A stretch of 61,151 bases of DNA, filler included, from Sphacelaria rigidula (lineage: Eukaryota): assembly GCA_964200075.2 (NCBI GenBank). It is 10 parts of 10 records of this genome, joined end to end, with 100 filler letters (N's around TTAATTAATTAA, not from the genome) between each part and the next. Parts side by side here need not be neighbours in the genome. Positions count along the whole stretch, not along the records: positions 55,127 to 61,151 come from CAXNAA020022727.1; 9 more parts are not named here. The stretch is one strand, 5' to 3'. Position 1 is the stretch's first letter. Each line of letters starts with the position of its first letter. Made by a program: the position numbers and the translations under genes. The notes beneath the pieces were generated by a model that had not been told where the DNA came from, ran no database searches, and saw only the letters and a program-made list of their open reading frames with translations. Below, one piece after another: positions 57,001 to 61,151 of the stretch.

Positions 57001-60000
57001 GTTGTTTCAGTAGTTGCAATGTTGACTGTGTGTGTCGATTCCAAACGTGTTTCGAAAAAAACAGCAATACATCGTGCGCTGCATTATGGGAGGCGTCCTT
57101 CGTGGCACCAACATCCGAATTGGTTGTCCAGATCGAGCGACATGTCGAAGTATATCCTGGTGTCGTGTGTCCAGAGACTCAGCAGAGTGTCAAACCTCTG
57201 CGTATGTGGTCGGCGGTACGTTTTGCGAAGGAAACGGGGGAGGTTACGTTTTTTGCGTATGTGTGTGTGTGTGTTACGGGAAGCGTGGGCGAGGTGCTCG
57301 CGTACCTGCATACAGTAGTGCGTGTTCGGCTGTGGCGTGTGTTCACTCCTGACGCGATACAAAATGATCGTGTGCACTTTGTTCTGGGGTGAGGGATTTG
57401 GGGGGGGGGGGGGGGGGGGGATCATTCTTGCCGTTTCGTACGGTCGGTGGTGAGTGGTGAGGTGGTGAAGTATGGTATGATATTCCGTGCTTGATGTTTT
57501 TCATGCATATCTTACTGTAGAAAGCCGGCTTGAAAACACTGCGGGGCATTTTTCGACATGTGGCCTGCTCGCGCTGGATCCGGCTGCATTGCTGTACAGA
57601 GCTTAGTAGTTGATACCGCACGGTCGGTCTAGAGCGGAGTAGCAATTGCACCACACGACACACCGAAGCCTTGCCACTCGCTGTAAATATGAAATTACAA
57701 GAACCGCACACAACGGCGAAAATTGACGGTCGATTGCTGTTTTGATTCTAGATTGACGTCTTTTCGTTCTGTTTGAACTCTTTTGTTGGCTAATGGCCAG
57801 AACTAAGATGTGAACAAAGGAAACGCTTTTTTTTTGTATTTTTGTGTAGTCGATTTTGCTCTTTTTTCTTCCTTCTGGAATATGTGGTGGAAATTACTTG
57901 CGAAATCGAACGCAAAGTAAATCCGTTTGGTGTCGTGTCTGCATTTTATCATGCTGCGCCACGTTTGGTTACTACCGCACGCGTTTCACGCATTTGTGCG
58001 TCCCGTGTGTGCTCAGGGCACGAAAAAGCTGTGCGAATGAAACAGCGGAGCAAAAAATGGCGAAGTGTGTGGGGGCGTGGGGGCAAGCAGATTTGTCACC
58101 CGTGTGCTACCTCCATACACATATTGTTTGTGTATATTATGTACATTAATCATGCTGCCGGGATTGGTTTGTCCTTTTGTATATTGATTTGCGGGAGGTG
58201 GGGATGGGGGTGGGGGTGGGGGGGGCACAAGGTCGAGCTGATGTGCCAACAGGGTCGAGTGTTGCTCTTTCATGGGTTTACTATTTTTCACCGCAAGTGG
58301 TAGTTCACTGCATTCCATGCATGAGGTATATACTGTATACTCAAGACACTTATAGCATGATATAAAACCTTTCGTGGCGGCACGCTTACTCCCGATGAAG
58401 GCATCTGGGCGTTCTATATATATATATATATATACACTCGTGTACACATATAAATGTTCAGGAAGATTGTACTCTTTGTGTTGCTCTTCAGTGTCCGGGA
58501 CACATTTGAAATGACTTGATTTGGGGTAATACGGTGGACATGTGTGGTACAATTTGTGTGCGCGCAGGGGCTAGGAACGGGCGAAAAGGGGAGGAGAGGG
58601 GTATTGATGTATTGCAGAGGAAGACACAGAGAACAAGGGGCGGGCGAGGGGAGGGGGGGGCATGGTGCATGCTGCTGCAGCTTCGTCCTTACAATGTAGT
58701 AACGGCGCACAAAAGTCGCGGTTTACAGACTGACTGGTTACAAAATCATGTCGTATAGTTGTGGTGTACTTTTGTTGCGGTGATTCAGCTGTGGACATTG
58801 TTATGTGTCGTCGTCATGGGGAAGCATACTACTGTAACTTGGGCAAGCACGTGTACAGCGGCGCGTGCACGCAGGCAGCAATCGAACATGATTCGTATAT
58901 ATACCAAATCGTCAACTGGATTATGAAATAAACACGTCCTACTTGCTGATGTATTTTTTCAATCGTTGTGGGCATTGTTGCGAGGTTATGCTCTGTTCCG
59001 CAGTGTTCACTGGGAGGAAACAAAAATATGTGTTTCGTACATTTGATGCACTCGTTATGCGGATAACACAACACAACTGACTTTGGCGCTTTTTGACAGA
59101 TCGTTCCATAATACAAGAACACTGTGAAAACTTCTTCATAGCGTGACGCCGTACGTACTCACTCACTGCAGAGACGCCGAAAGATGAGCGCCGGAGCGGA
59201 GAATTTTCGTTGTCGAGGGCGTGGGCCGTTCGAGACAACACATCCAACACCGATCACTCGGCTGACACTCCCGACTATTATAGCAATGGGCGCCTGAACT
59301 GTTCCCTGCTCAGACGGGTTTTTTCTCGCGGCTACTCTTTGATGAAACTTGCAAGTGCTCACGTCGGTAGAAATTGGTGAAATAAACAGATCGTCCTCCC
59401 CCCTAGTGCCCAAGTTGTTCGTGTTACTTGGTGTTCTCGGGGGAGACAAGTAGGTACCCCGTTCATCAGGAGGGTGTTATTCACCGTGAGACAGTTACCC
59501 CGCTCTAGTGTAATGAGTAGGTGGAATTTGAAAAAAAACAATCCTCTGCATTTCTCGAGAAATACGATCGAGGCGGGCTCGATCGACCGAAAATACCGTG
59601 GAGCCAGAATCTGGGCTGAAACGTGGTAGGCCCCGCGATGACCGATCAGCCGAGAGTGCCCGAAAAAACAAATCCGAGACCCTATGCCCCTTTTTTGAAT
59701 CCTGGAGTTTTTCGGAGGGGGGGGGGTTACTAAATCCCATACATTACTAAAATAAAAGATAAATAAAAAATCATGTTCATGAAGTTTTGATTCTTCGCAT
59801 ACCTTCGGAGCCAAGACCAAGTTATATTCATGAGTTTTGGCAATACAGTATATACATATATTTCCATCAGGCGGACGAAATCAAGGAATATACAAACCAA
59901 CCTTGAAACCAGCTGGCATCGCACCGCACTTCAAAACTACCGCAGACTGCACTGCAGAGATATCGCAAGATTCCAAGATCCGTGCTGCACAACCATTATT

Positions 60001-61005
60001 TTCCAAAATCCAGAATCGTAACCTAGAGTGAGGATGGGATAGCCTCGGGAAATAATCTTCATCCTATAAGCCCATCTACAGTAGTTCTTGGGGACTGGAT
60101 GCATGGCGAAGATTATTGCTGAATAATTCGTACCAAAGGAAACAGTGCCCCCCCCCGTCCCCCCTCAGAATCCGTGATTTGTAGCTGCACGATCTAGAAT
60201 TTCTTGTGTTCGAGCACCCGGGTTTCTCCCCTTCATTGTATGGAAACTTGTGAAAGGCACGGGGACGGACACAAAATGAGAGTCGAAAGTGATACCTCAT
60301 AATATTATTCCTACCCGTCAGGATGCCGGTCTCACAGCTTATCGGCCGTGATCATTGGTGCAGCTCTTCAGCAAGGCCGTGTCCCCGCATCTATTCGAGG
60401 AGCGGAATGTAAGTGCATAGTTAGAGGAGGTTACATGTGTGGAAATGTGGGTGTTTGCTGAAAAGCATGACAACCTTGCATACACACCTGTAACGTACCG
60501 TGTGAACTTGCAAAGCAGAGCATCGCCCGGCAAGAAGGAAGTACCCGACCGCCGCTTGAGCTCTGCCGGATGGGATCGGCGTTAATACTTTCGGTGGTTC
60601 GTCATGGTGACGCCTAGGTAACGTCTGCTGCAGACGGATCGCGGCGCACAAAGATCCAGCTGTCTCCCACAGATAGCATATATATATATATATAGGTGAC
60701 GTAGTATACCAGCCCCCCCCCTGGTGATTTCTCCGACTACGACGAAGAGTACTAAGTCCGCACCCGCCTAGAGAATGTGAGCAGGGTAGTCCACAAAAGG
60801 TATTTAAGAAAAGGGAAATAGAGAAAAGGGTATAACTTGCGGTTTTACGAACAAAAATGGGGAGCGCACTTTTCGGTCGGGGGCATGGTGCTGCACCCGG
60901 GCTGGGCACCTCCAGAACACGTTCCGGCGCCTCAGCCCCATGCCCGACGTGTTGTGGCAGCATGCTCAATCTTTTTTGTTTTTTGACACACGGCGACAGG
61001 CTTAA

Positions 61006-61098
61006 CCCTTAGACAGCGGGCGCTACCTTGGAACCGTTTTACAGGCTGACAGTCCGGAGACATCCGAGGGTTTCCAGGGGGGAAGGGGTGATTTTTGA
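61006..61098 (+). mobile_element. Left end of the same piggyBac-like MITE family
   Basis: TTAA|CCCTTAGACAGCGGGCG..GGCTGACAGTCC..GACATC..GGGTTTCCAGGGG matches 52598-52680. Confidence 0.75.
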
Positions 61099-61151
61099 GG
61101 GGGGGGAGTGTACTCATGATCATGCATGCCATAGTCATAGGACCATTGACC
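61099..61151 (-). mobile_element. Family A 3' end at the G-run of the MITE
   Basis: Reverse reads GGTCAATGGTCCTATGACTATGGCATGCATGATCATGAGTACACT-C8. Confidence 0.8.

Noticed and set aside
55250..60970. Spliced minus-strand gene in contig 10 (e.g. RFDTLLSLWTHDTRIYFDM.., KARRLGLTVKITPSF, CGDTALLKSCTNDH)
   Set aside because: Exon-like pieces could not be joined in consistent phase or assigned to a family, and several contain stops.

Overview
This is eukaryotic, intron-rich, transposon-dense DNA, most likely from a brown alga (Phaeophyceae). That origin is inferred from an EsV-1-7 repeat protein and a one-repeat-per-exon beta-propeller gene. The window is not one locus. It joins ten contigs (one of 6026 bp, nine of 6025 bp) with artificial 100-nt spacers (44 N + TTAATTAATTAA + 44 N), so nothing can be inferred across spacers. 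Recognisable gene fragments: a probable CLASP last exon; a five-exon beta-propeller-like repeat gene; two DUF676 hydrolase exons; an EsV-1-7 Cys-rich repeat protein; five exons of a RAD5/HLTF-like SNF2-RING helicase; a HAD-like protein; an unidentified spliced gene in contig 1; and two head-to-head duplicated signal-peptide exons. Mobile DNA includes a degraded LINE, a mariner transposase remnant, piggyBac-like, CACTA-like and P/hAT-like non-autonomous elements, several MITEs and tRNA-derived SINEs. The most novel-looking signal is a LINE plus a ~320-bp non-autonomous partner. They share a homologous 3' end (..ATGAGTAC(A/G)CCCC), have no poly(A) tail, and repeatedly sit in C-rich tracts, including each other's tails. 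This suggests a poly(C)-targeting retrotransposon system. All protein and family assignments are from motif recognition by eye; no database search was run.
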